NCBI GenBank assembly: GCA_963775425.1
Contig: CAVZJB010000012.1
Coordinates: 1-64,000, forward strand
DNA from: an uncultured delta proteobacterium
Lineage (GTDB): Bacteria; Myxococcota; UBA727; VGSZ01
Length of the DNA stretch: 64,000 nt
Direction of reading: 5' to 3'
Positions 11,601-20,630 of this stretch are shown here, piece by piece. Positions within the stretch are counted from its first letter, which is position 1. Every line of letters begins with the position of its first letter. A program made the translations under genes and the position numbers. The notes under the pieces were generated by a model. That model saw only the letters and a program-made list of their open reading frames with translations, did not search any database and was not told the DNA's origin.

Positions 11601-11844
11601 CTCCGTCGGCGGCGGCGCGGGGAGCTCGGCCGCCGTCGAAGGCACGTTCTTCGGTTGGTACAAGAGCGAGCTGAAGGTCGCGGAGAAAAATCGCACGGCG
11701 TACGGCGCGAGCGCGCGCGCCTTCGAGAGCGAGCCGGCGTTCGAGCGGGGCGGGAAGGCAGCGCTGCGGAGCTATCAGGTCCGTCGCGCGCACGGCCCGC
11801 CCAAGTCGTCGCTGCACGAGTACCAGCGGCGCGCCGTCAAGTGA
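5617..11844 (+). CDS. TcB-TcC-like fusion: SpvB-type N-terminus, FG-GAP/VCBS repeats, YD/Rhs repeats, Rhs core and C-terminal cargo
   Basis: PQLSFTYSSGGGGNSVVGIGWS (SpvB-like); repeated DLNGDGLPD/DMNGDGLLD; FQGFG; many YD repeats; DHLGST; ARDLVPELGRFLSPDP; NNPLTYIDFDGR core end. ATG 5617 is 2 bp after the upstream stop and is followed by a signal peptide ending AARA. Confidence 0.9.
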   Translation: MGHYHALALGIVALAFHAVAARAQTGVSDDRVSLPDGPGSVQGIGDNATVNPNMGMFSTSVDVEVPEGFAGITPQLSFTYSSGGGGNSVVGIGWSFATPSIERMTSRQIPDYDDADVFVGAAGEQLTRTSSGEPAEYRARFEGGFVRYRWFQRGSGAEGYWTAETPDGVVSYFGADHTGTLVETARTRAPDGVFRYQLVESIDPFGHTTSYAYRFYGSRPLLDLISYAYDAQGNATQSVTFTYEPRPDVVSNASGGFNDELADRLTQVQVWTNTSLVRSYELVYEPASETRGQTRLARIETRGAQGGLQEVVHRFTYSQSLSGVCAAADCAAPFLVDMGSLGAGFGNGQATLLDLNGDGLPDVVRTPTGQPHEVYLSQLAPDGTHTFLPPFQSQVAASVGMDLSSPYVQELDYDGDGFVDLVNATTGQVLVNDGSGDWAGSVDLGASKVQSLPDFGQDFTPGVDDLSHVRFFDYDGDHIIDVLRSDQTTTSVYRGLGAGGYEVDPNVEAIGAGFQEDNLELADMNGDGLLDPVIIQPGLVRYRLNLGRGHWSDWVDMENAPVDANELDFTSLEDVDNDGRDDLIVVIDGTVKVALNRNGETFEQVSELSTAGGRPLPIRDAGTTVLFADMNANGSNDVVWIDSQGNTIYLELFPERPNLMTRVENSVGGVTEIAYETAAEARATSPTPWQFPLVAPMIVVRSLDSFSETIDPSLTVHSTQEFQYTDGFFSSAERQFQGFGSVRVDMPGDVNQAPAESVITYDVGAGTDAFLAGQTLARATTSNGAPLREESFTWGSCALSGIAEVDPVFPVVWGCLQRDEMVHQEGHPESDWATVATDYDYDGYGNVTEKAEEGVVDVGGGGCGPCTNPAGTFGAPCGAQCLGDESIVDTTYASPDDNAEGRWLLHKVVEERTRASDGGREQVVRTHYDGPDFVGLALGATTKGAVTRIERVVEDGATVDVTKNRVDANGNLVESITAGGTVDGAGYRRAWVYDALGLSIIQDRITIAHNDVDDTEGTRTLVRDFTFEPVFGEVDSATDWYLDGDAPGGVTRWGYDEFGRRVFEAKPGDDVTTPTTEYEWQIGAPYSRIITRKRSVKGGPADIEEVSCIDGRGRDTQTRTLRNPGEYFVSGFTTYNLRGEVQRAYEPYTSASSECDEAEPGTPFEEYAWDGLGRAAKRTFPDAASRGTASFVSFEYAPLALIRSDARDNDTSDASATGTPDLMRYDGLHRVVAEEQQSAPGAAPDIHRFVYDDLGLLAGVVDPEGHQKVQERDLKGRITHLVDPDRGEWHFAYDAADNLVREEDPTGRVVRRDYDDVGRIIAQWDDADRDNSLVEIFQDVHPACPEITCSFTAGRMAGMRYKSDTFGEVVEGVGYDVRGNVVSSGRQLGSIGLLSSSEYDNADRLVATVLPDGRRVSNTLDGLGQVTSIPGYVEQISRNERGYLADYTFNNGIKTSFTYDERNELTGIDAGSAFHLALHRDRDGNVLGVDDTAATGAQSSGGSFDYDGRSRLVAAHLGAGAAVETVTFGYDALDRVTSKTSSDAKSPANIGAFAYDDDAHLHGVTSAGERALEYDAAGRAVRAGDDTYTWDHLGRLTGVDRGGRELMRYEYAGVDERLVERGPSYTKVHLSNQYEIVDGIARLRILVDGVAVVEEEVATLATSFITDKDGDGRITAADAWLAKGDPSEALRAAARTTLLEGANGNPEAKRTFLHVDHLGSTCAVSDDSGAVTERLAYYPHGALKGSSAGQTQYESFARNRVDDSGLIHMGARDLVPELGRFLSPDPTFLTVGADIIDKSPDAFSGYSAAGNNPLTYIDFDGRFPWQAVGIGIGVAVVAGGLTAAGVVTGVLPALAAGALAVVAAATVVNFLGGAIGAVAGVVGEIMVQRARLKVLYPNRSPPTHAILGAAATVASRAVSGFAAGFMSFGLSAVTGAGSDVVNVRMYEGKISAGHGAIAKIGLAAAGGVLSGGFALAGPALSGTLTAAKVGVHAATSVGGGAGSSAAVEGTFFGWYKSELKVAEKNRTAYGASARAFESEPAFERGGKAALRSYQVRRAHGPPKSSLHEYQRRAVK

Positions 11845-11880
11845 GGCGACGCGGAAGCCGCGCCATGGTAAGGGGCGAGC

Positions 11881-12780
11881 GTGGACCTAGACGACATTCG
11901 CCTTCTGCAGGAGGTGGTGAAGCTCGGCTCCCTCCAGCGGGCGGCCGCGAAGCTCGGCGTCCCGCGTTCGACGCTGCGACGCCGCCTGGAGAACCTGGCG
12001 GTCCACGTGGGCAGCGAGATCGTGGTGCCGACGTCGGTGGGCGTGCAGGTGACGCCGGCGGGCAAGGTGGTCCTCGAGCACGGGCGCGTCCTGCTCGAGA
12101 ACTACACGCGGATGGTGTCGTCGGCCAAGGATGCGTCCGCCATCGCATCCGGCAGCGTGCGCATCATCGTCCCGGTGGGTATGCCCGACGAGGCCCGCGT
12201 CGGCATCATGAACGTCTTTCGCCAGCAGGCGCCGGGGCTGTGCCTGGATGAGCTCGAGTACGCGGAGCCGCTCGATCACCTCGACGAGCCGTTTGACGTG
12301 CTGTTTCACTTCGGTGCGCCTCCCGATCGAGGCGGGTGGTTCTCGCGCACGCTGCGGCGTCTGCGCATCGTCCCCGTCGCCTCTCAGGAGTACCTCGACG
12401 AGGCGGGCCGCCCCGCCACGCCGGAGGACCTCCGCAAACACCGCCTGCTCGCTTGGCGCGTGGGCGGCGTCAATCCGTGCGCGTGGCCGCTGTGGGCCGG
12501 CGGGACAATCGCCGTCGAACCGAGCGTCTGCTCGCGCAACGGTCAGCTCATGCACCGCGCGGCCCAGGCGGGCGAGGGGCTCCTCCTCGGCGACCCGAAC
12601 TCGGAGCTGATGGCGGGTGGCGCTGCTCTCGTCCCCGTCCTCGAAGACACCGTCGGCTTCGAGCTGACGTTCCGTGCGCTCTCGCCGCTGCGCATCAAGA
12701 ATGATCGACGGGCGGGCGCCCTCGTCGACACCGTGCAGCGCTTCCTCGACTCCATCATGGCGATGTCCGCCGAGAGCTGA
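11881..12780 (+). CDS. LysR-family transcriptional regulator
   Basis: HTH GSLQRAAAKLGVPRSTLRRRLENL, VTPAG, substrate-binding domain; 299 aa; GTG start. Confidence 0.85.
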   Translation: MDLDDIRLLQEVVKLGSLQRAAAKLGVPRSTLRRRLENLAVHVGSEIVVPTSVGVQVTPAGKVVLEHGRVLLENYTRMVSSAKDASAIASGSVRIIVPVGMPDEARVGIMNVFRQQAPGLCLDELEYAEPLDHLDEPFDVLFHFGAPPDRGGWFSRTLRRLRIVPVASQEYLDEAGRPATPEDLRKHRLLAWRVGGVNPCAWPLWAGGTIAVEPSVCSRNGQLMHRAAQAGEGLLLGDPNSELMAGGAALVPVLEDTVGFELTFRALSPLRIKNDRRAGALVDTVQRFLDSIMAMSAES

Positions 12781-12980
12781 CGATTCAAGGATGCGCGGTG
12801 GGCTCGGCCGCAGCCGGCTCCGACGACATCATCTTGACGAGCGCCGCCTGATCGAAGCCGACGAACGCGCACGTGCTCGATCAGCGCCTCCGTCATCTCC
12901 TTTGCCGGCGGCAGATGGCTGCTCAACAGCCACGTCGGGTCCAAGCGCGGTGGTGGAAGCGGACGACGGCGCCGGCGTCC

Positions 12981-14171
12981 TCAGGGGCAGTCGAGGTCGC
13001 CGGCGCCCATGTGTTCGAACCCTTCGAGGATCACGCACACCTGATCGCGCGAACATTGCTGCACGCTCACGGACTGCACGTTGGACGGCTTGTGCGCATC
13101 GTCGGGCAGGCCGAGCGCGCCGCGGGCGCGCGCGAGGGGCACGCCCTTGTTGAGGGTGACGTTGACGGCCTGGAGGTCGCCGTGCTCCCAGTCGAGCGAG
13201 ACGCTGTCGACGTCCGCGCCTACGGCGCTCGCCTTGTCCGCAGGAAACGCGGGTCCGGCCCCCCACCCGCCGGGGTCCGTGCACGGGTTCGCGTCGGGCG
13301 GGGGGGCGGAGCCGCAGTGGTACCGCTTGTCCTTGTGGCCGAAGCGCTTCTCCATCATGCAGCCGAAGTCCACGGCGCTCATGCGGGGCCACGTCGAGAG
13401 ATCCACGCCACCCGTGGTGGGCGGCGCGGCGCCGAGCAGCACGTCGCTCGTGTGCTCGCCCGCGGCGTAGCCGAGGCCCTTGCAGTCTCGGGCGGCTGCG
13501 CACGTGCACGTGGTCTTCTCGCGGGCGGTTACCCTGTGGGAGGAGACGTCGTAGCGGAACCCCAGGATCTCGGTGCCGCCGCTGCAGCCGGTCTCGCCTC
13601 CGATGGAGCCGGCCACGTCGTGGCTGGCGAAGAGCGACAGCGCCCCGGCGTTCTTCTTGAAGACGCGCACTTCGCGCTTCCACGCGCTTGGCGAGAGCGT
13701 CACGGCGGCCATGGAGCTGATGGCGTCCACGCGGGCGAGCCCGAGGAACACGGGCGTGGTGTCACAGACGTCGCCCGTGCACACGCCGTCGATGGTGCGC
13801 TCCACGGGGAAGCCCTCGGCTTTGGCGATCTTCCCCCGCGCCTTCAGGATGACCGCGCCGACGGAGAGGATCTTCACCGGCGCGGACTTGCCCACGATCC
13901 ACCCGGCGACGTCGGCGGGCGGATCGGCGAGGGAGATGGAGAAGCCGTAAACGGTGCCGTCGTCGCACGGGACGCTCTCGACGCGATCGATGAAGCCGAT
14001 TTTGCCATTGCGCTTCACGGGCGCGATGACCCGCCGCGTCTTGCCGTGGTACCGGACCTCCTGCACGTGCGCCCCCGGCCACAGCGCGGCCACGTCCTGC
14101 CATGGGTCGGCGCGCGCGAGGCACGGAGAAGAACAGACGGCCACGGCGACGATGAGGCTCCACGAGCGCAT
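12981..14171 (-). CDS. Hypothetical secreted protein, 396 aa
   Basis: Signal peptide ending LARA; a single WG-repeat-like APVKRNGKIGFID motif; Cys pairs. Confidence 0.6.
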   Translation of the reverse strand: MRSWSLIVAVAVCSSPCLARADPWQDVAALWPGAHVQEVRYHGKTRRVIAPVKRNGKIGFIDRVESVPCDDGTVYGFSISLADPPADVAGWIVGKSAPVKILSVGAVILKARGKIAKAEGFPVERTIDGVCTGDVCDTTPVFLGLARVDAISSMAAVTLSPSAWKREVRVFKKNAGALSLFASHDVAGSIGGETGCSGGTEILGFRYDVSSHRVTAREKTTCTCAAARDCKGLGYAAGEHTSDVLLGAAPPTTGGVDLSTWPRMSAVDFGCMMEKRFGHKDKRYHCGSAPPPDANPCTDPGGWGAGPAFPADKASAVGADVDSVSLDWEHGDLQAVNVTLNKGVPLARARGALGLPDDAHKPSNVQSVSVQQCSRDQVCVILEGFEHMGAGDLDCP

Positions 14172-14464
14172 CGAGCGAGACTACAAGACCGTCGCCACAC
14201 GCGCGCGGCCAGGAGCGTCCAGACGCCGGGGACAGCCGCCGCTCGGAGGTTGCCCGTGCCCTTGGCCTCACCAGAGCTCGGCGGCGCGATGGACGAGCAT
14301 GAGGCGATGGACCCAAGCGGCAACGAGCTCGCCGTCTTCGGCGACGTCTCAAGACGCCCGGCGCACGTCGGCGGCGGCGACGGCACCATGGTCAACGCCT
14401 CGGGCATGGCAACGACAACCGCGTCCGCTCGGAGGACATCGTCGCCCTTCTCGAGCGCGCTGCG

Positions 14465-14555
14465 CGCAACGCGCAACAAGCGCTCGGTGTGGCGATCGAC
14501 GCTGGCGGTGGCCTCGTCGAGGATGAGGATGGGCGGGTCCGTCACCAAGGCCGCG
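14465..14555 (-). pseudogene. Short remnant of an ABC-transporter ATPase (Walker B/D-loop region)
   Basis: ALVTDPPILILDEATASVDRHTERLL, with no Walker A or signature motif in frame around it. Confidence 0.65.
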
Positions 14556-14641
14556 GCTCCAAGACGTGAGGCCGGTGGGACAGGTGTTGCCGTCGTGACG
14601 ACGGCTGTGGCGAGGCTCTCCGCAGGGCGCTAAAGGGGGCG

Positions 14642-16087
<1,446 letters not shown>

Positions 16088-16130
16088 CCGCCCCGCGCTG
16101 CGAGCCCGACGTGCGGCGCTCGAGCCCGCT

Positions 16131-17411
16131 TCACAACCGGCCCGTGAGCGCGCCGCCGACGGCGACGGAGCGCGTGGACGGCTCGGGCGACGCGAGGGGG
16201 GCGACGGCGACGACCTCGGGGAGGGCGCGCGGGAGGTAGCGGGCGGCGGCGAAGCCGGCGGCCATGCCCACGGAGGTGCCGACCAGCATGCTGCCCCAGC
16301 CGAGGAACGGGTTCGGCGCGCGGGCGAAGACGGCGATGGAGGCCCCGGCGGCGAGGCCGATGCCGCCACCGACGTCGACGGCCCAGGTCTCCGCGCGCGT
16401 GACGGGGACGAACGGGGCGGCGGCGAGGCCGGCGGCGAAGCCCGCGTCGCCGGCGGCGGTGATGAGCCAGAGGGACGCCTCGGGGTGCTGCTTGTAGCTC
16501 TTTGCCATGTCGGCGGCGAGGAGCGCGAGCACCGCCGACCACAGACCGGTGGTGACGGCGAGCGAGCCGGCGCTCTCGGGGAGGTCGGTGACGGCGGCGA
16601 GGCCGGCGCCGGCGCCGGTGAAGGCGATCATGGTCAAGGCCATCGCGGCGGGTTGGCCCGCGCTGCCGAGGCCGCCGCCAAGGACGTTGCCGGTGAGCGC
16701 GAGGGCGGCGTCGAGCGGGAGCACGACGGAGTTGAAAGCGCCGAGGAGCATGCCGGCGCGGATGAGGTTGGCGTCGCCGGAGGTCATCCCGGGGAGCGCG
16801 AGCGCGGCGGCGGTGCTGAGGCCGAGGCCGGCGGCGCCGCCGGCGACGGGCGCGAGCAACACGATCGCGGCGTTCGCGCCGCCGAAGCCGATGGGGCTCG
16901 CGGCGACGACAGCCGCGCCGCCGAGGAACGCGACGTAGCCGCCGGCGAGCGTGCTCACCCCGATGAGCTCGGCCTTGCCGGACGTAAAGAGCGCGCCGAG
17001 GTCGTTTTGCGCCGGCGGCGGCGTCGTCAGCGCGGGCTCCGGCAGCTTGAGCGCGCCGACGAGGTCCGCGAGGTCGCGCGCGAGCCGCGCGTCGTCGTCG
17101 TCGCCGCTCGCGTGCTCCTCGTAACAGCGCCGCGCGGCGTCACGCTCTCCCGCGCGCACGAGCCGCAGGCAGCGCTCGAGCGCCTGGGACGGCGCGCCGG
17201 GCTCCGGGGGCGCCACGCCCACGGGCGCCGTCTCCTGCGGGCGCGCGTCGTCGTCGGCGGGCGCGGCGCCGTCGTCGGCGGGGCCGTCGGACGCGGCGTC
17301 CCCAGACGCGTCGTCGTCGCCCAAGGAGGCAGGCGCCCCGTCGCCCGCGGGCGCGCTCCCCGCGGAAGCCGGCGCGGCGCCGAGCGCGGCGCAGAGCACG
17401 AGCGCGATCAT
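16131..17411 (-). CDS. Multi-pass membrane protein with signal peptide; paralog of the upstream gene
   Basis: ATG 17411 overlaps the upstream TGA (TGATG); MIALVLCAALG; many Gly/Ala hydrophobic helices; ends GGALTGRL. Confidence 0.75.
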   Translation of the reverse strand: MIALVLCAALGAAPASAGSAPAGDGAPASLGDDDASGDAASDGPADDGAAPADDDARPQETAPVGVAPPEPGAPSQALERCLRLVRAGERDAARRCYEEHASGDDDDARLARDLADLVGALKLPEPALTTPPPAQNDLGALFTSGKAELIGVSTLAGGYVAFLGGAAVVAASPIGFGGANAAIVLLAPVAGGAAGLGLSTAAALALPGMTSGDANLIRAGMLLGAFNSVVLPLDAALALTGNVLGGGLGSAGQPAAMALTMIAFTGAGAGLAAVTDLPESAGSLAVTTGLWSAVLALLAADMAKSYKQHPEASLWLITAAGDAGFAAGLAAAPFVPVTRAETWAVDVGGGIGLAAGASIAVFARAPNPFLGWGSMLVGTSVGMAAGFAAARYLPRALPEVVAVAPLASPEPSTRSVAVGGALTGRL

Positions 17412-18526
17412 CAAAAGCGCCCCCTGACGGCGAGCCCGGGCACCGCGCGCCGCTCGTCGTCGACGAGCACCGTGGGCGCGAGCGACGCGGTGCGCTCCGC
17501 CGGTTCGCCCGCGGTCCCGTCGTGGGCCGCCTTGCTCACGAAGTACGCGGCGGTCCCGCCCGCGACGACGCCGGCGGCCGTCCCCGCCCCGACGAAGCCG
17601 AAGCCGACCGCCCCGTCCACGGACGTCGACGACGCCACCACCGCGATGAACGCAGCCGACACGAGCATGCCGCCGGCGCCGCCGGCCTCGATGAGCCACG
17701 ACGGCCAGCGCTCGATGTCGAGCAGCGGGTGGCACGCGAGCGCCACACCGTAGGGGACGAGCGACCCCGTCAAGAGCGCGAACGACACCTGTGGCGTCGT
17801 CAACTGCACCCGCGCGCTCGTCAGCGTCGCCAGGCCGAAGCCCGTCAGCACGCCGCCCCACACGAGCGCGCTGTTGGCGACGGCGACGTCGCCGGGCGTC
17901 GCGTCGACGAACGGCGACAGCCCCAGGCCCGCCCCCAGGCCGAGCACGCCCCCGCCGAGCACGGTGGCGAAGCGCAGCGGCACCGTGCTCACGTCGGGGC
18001 TCTGATCGAACACGGCGAGCTGCAGGAAGAAGCCCTCCGTGGCCCCGGTCCACATCGTCGACGCCGACAGCGCGATGTCGCCGGCGTCCGGCCTGGTGTT
18101 CTGCAACAGGAAGAACGAGCCCACCGCGCCGCCGATGGCCCCCACCGCCGGCGACGCCAGCAGCCACGGCAACGAGTCGCTCTGGTTGGTCCTCGTCGTC
18201 GAAAACAGCGTGGCCGCGGCGAGGAACCCCGCGCCCGCCCCGGCAACGGTCCCGTGCAACATCCCCTCGGCCCGCCCGCTGTCGACGAGGTCCGACAGCG
18301 AGAGCTGCGGCGCCGCTTGCTTGAGCACCGGCGCCGGCGTGTTCCAGGCGTCGACGACGTCGGCCATGGCCGCCGCCTCGCGCTCGTCGGCGTGCGCGCG
18401 AAAGCAGCGCGACGCCTGGGCGAGCTCCTGGCGCGTGACGAGCGCCTTGCACGGCTCGAGTGAAGCCTCGTCGTGGCGCGGGTCGTCCGCGGCGGCGAGC
18501 GCGGCGACGAGCGCGAGGGCGATCAC
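17411..18526 (-). CDS. Multi-pass membrane protein with signal peptide
   Basis: MIALALVAALAAADD; DSGRAE motif shared with the neighbour (TSGKAE); ends PGLAVRGRF; start overlaps the upstream stop. Confidence 0.75.
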   Translation of the reverse strand: MIALALVAALAAADDPRHDEASLEPCKALVTRQELAQASRCFRAHADEREAAAMADVVDAWNTPAPVLKQAAPQLSLSDLVDSGRAEGMLHGTVAGAGAGFLAAATLFSTTRTNQSDSLPWLLASPAVGAIGGAVGSFFLLQNTRPDAGDIALSASTMWTGATEGFFLQLAVFDQSPDVSTVPLRFATVLGGGVLGLGAGLGLSPFVDATPGDVAVANSALVWGGVLTGFGLATLTSARVQLTTPQVSFALLTGSLVPYGVALACHPLLDIERWPSWLIEAGGAGGMLVSAAFIAVVASSTSVDGAVGFGFVGAGTAAGVVAGGTAAYFVSKAAHDGTAGEPAERTASLAPTVLVDDERRAVPGLAVRGRF

Positions 18527-20520
18527 AGGGGCGCGCCGGCGCTGTCGCAGGCGTCGTCACCGTTGTGGAGGAGCTGCACCGTCGACGTCGTCGGCAGCCC
18601 GTCGGCGAGCGCCGCCGCCGTCACCGCCGCCGACGACACCGCGTAGACGTACGTGCCCTCGTGGCGGTCGCTGATCATCACGCTGCGCTTCACCGCCGAG
18701 CACGGGCCCGTGCCGCGGTCGATGTTGGTGGCGCCGGCGAAGAAGAAGGCCTGCTCAATCTCCCCCGCTTCTCGATGCCGCCGTCGACGTCGACGTGGAA
18801 CACCGCGAGCGAGCTCGACACGAGCGCGTTCGTGCCGCCCCACTGCTGCACCGGGATGGCGAGGATCTGCTTGTCGGGGAAGTACGTGAACGCGTGCCGA
18901 TCCACGAGGGCCTCGGAGTCCGTGAACGCGTTTCCGAAGTCGAGCGGGTCCGCGGCGAGCGCGGGGTGGTCCGGGTCGCTCACGTCGAACAGCTTGAGCG
19001 AGAGCGACTGGAGCAGGCCGGTGTCGGCGTCGGTGTTCACGCCCACGGTGAGGATGTGTCCGTCGTCGATGGGGTGGATGTACGCGGCGTAGCCGTTCAC
19101 CTCGAGCTGCCCGCGCACGCGCGGCGAGGCCGGATCGCCGAGGTCGATGATGGTGAGCGGGTCCGTGAACGGCAGCGCCGGCACGCCGCTCGGCTCGAAG
19201 AAGAGGAACTGCTGCGCGGGATAGGAGACGACGTAGGCGCGGTCGCCGAGGAAGCGCACGGACTCCACGTTCTCCCCGCGGCCGATGTCGGCGACGCGCG
19301 AAGCCTCCTCGAGGTGCGTGCCGTTCTCCTTCACCACGAGGAGCGACGTGGTCTGCTTTTGCACGTCGGCGCTCTCGGAGTTGTCGGTGATGACCATGCG
19401 CAGCGAGCCGTCGGGGCCCTCGTCGAGCGACAGCTCGTCCTTGATCTGCCCGAGGAAGACGCCGGTGGCCTTGTAGACGGCGGCGCCGTCGTCGCCGAAG
19501 GCGTCGAGCTTGTGCACGCGCGTGGTGGCGACGTCGGGCGTGAAGTAGCCGCCGTCGGAGATCTCGGTGGACGCGAGGTACAGCGACGACGTCGATGCGT
19601 ACACCGACGAAAACCCGGCGACGACGCCGGTGGAGCGAAGCGGCGCGCCCGGGTCGTGCAGGTCGAAGCCGTGGATGAGCAGGATGTTGTGTCCGTCGCT
19701 GCGGCTGGGGGCGTAGGTGTTTTCGCAGGCGACGGCCTTGTCCACGCGCGGCTGCGTGTCGGTGCCGGCGATGAAGTCGGCGACCTCGGGCAGGAGCCTG
19801 CCGATGCCTTCGGCGCGCAGGAGCTTGCGATTGTCGTCGTCGGAGAACGGCGCCGGGTCGAGCGAGACATTCACCGCGATCTGCGCGCGTGTGACGAGCA
19901 TGACCTTCTGGTTGACGGCGCGCGCGTCGACGAAGTCGCCGTCGATGAGTGTGGAGCGCAGCTCGACGGGCGCTGTCGGGTCCCTGACGTCGTAGATCTT
20001 CACGAGCGTCTGCACCTTGTCCCCGAAGAAGTGCGACACGACCATGGCGGTCTTGTCGTCGTCGTCGAAGAGCATGGTGAACGGCGTCCCCGAGATGGTG
20101 GTGCGCGACAGGACGTGCATGTCGTCGGGTGGCCACGCCGCGAGGATGACCATGGCCCCGCGGCGCAGGACGAAGATGACGTCGCCGTTGTTCTTGACGA
20201 AGTCGGGCTCGTCGACGTTGACGTCCTGCGTGTTGGTCTTGGTGAAGGAGCGCCCACCCTCGCCCTCGCCCTCGCCTTCGGCGAGGGCGGCGTCGGCGTA
20301 GCTGCAGGCGACGACGCCGCCGGTCTCGAAGCTCTGCTCGACACCGGGGTGGAGGATTCTGATCCTCGAGGTAGAGCTGGAGGTCCTGGCACGTCTGAAA
20401 CCGCTGGAGCGGCTCCGGGTCCGCGAGCACGGAGCAGCGCACCGAGGCGAGCAGGACGACGAAGACGGCGCCGCCGAGGCGACCGATGCGACCGATGCGA
20501 CCGAGGCGGGAGCGGGCCAT
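18523..20520 (-). CDS. Secreted beta-propeller domain protein; two compensating frameshifts (about 20357 and 18762-18766)
   Basis: TNTQDVNVDEPDFVKNNG, GENVESVRFLGDRAYVV, DPLTIIDL, GYAAYIHP and SEALVDRHAF are typical of the Beta_propel family. The N- and C-termini lie in ORF 18523..21240 and the core in ORF 18690..20537. Confidence 0.8.
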   Translation of the reverse strand: MARSRLGRIGRIGRLGGAVFVVLLASVRCSVLADPEPLQRFQTCQDLQLYLEDQNPPPRCRAELRDRRRRRLQLRRRRPRRRRGRGRGWALLHQDQHAGRQRRRARLRQEQRRRHLRPAPRGHGHPRGVATRRHARPVAHHHLGDAVHHALRRRRQDRHGRVALLRGQGADAREDLRRQGPDSARRAALHTHRRRLRRRARRQPEGHARHTRADRGECLARPGAVLRRRQSQAPARRRHRQAPARGRRLHRRHRHAAARGQGRRLRKHLRPQPQRRTQHPAHPRLRPARPGRAASLHRRRRRVFVGVRIDVVAVPRVHRDLRRRLLHARRRHHARAQARRLRRRRRRRLQGHRRLPRADQGRAVARRGPRRLAAHGHHRQLRERRRAKADHVAPRGEGERHAPRGGFARRRHRPRGERGVRALPRRPRLRRLLSRAAVPLLRAERRAGAAVHGPAHHHRPRRSGLAARARAARGERLRRVHPPHRRRTHPHRGREHRRRHRPAPVALAQAVRRERPGPPRARRGPARLRKRVHGLRGPRGSARVHVLPRQADPRHPGAAVGRHERARVELARGVPRRRRRRHREAGEIEQAFFFAGATNIDRGTGPCSAVKRSVMISDRHEGTYVYAVSSAAVTAAALADGLPTTSTVQLLHNGDDACDSAGAPL

Positions 20521-20630
20521 GCGGCTCGATTGTGCAAGGCGCGCGCCCCGGGCGCCAGCGCGACAAATCGCGCCCGGTTGCAGCCGTGGGCCCGCGGTTT
20601 CCTGAGCCGTCTCGACTAGAATCGTGCGCC

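Noticed and set aside
1-11844. T6SS, eCIS or prophage interpretation of the Rhs and fibre genes
   Set aside because: No VgrG, PAAR, sheath, tube, baseplate or capsid genes were seen, and the Rhs protein has a SpvB/FG-GAP N-terminus and a signal peptide.
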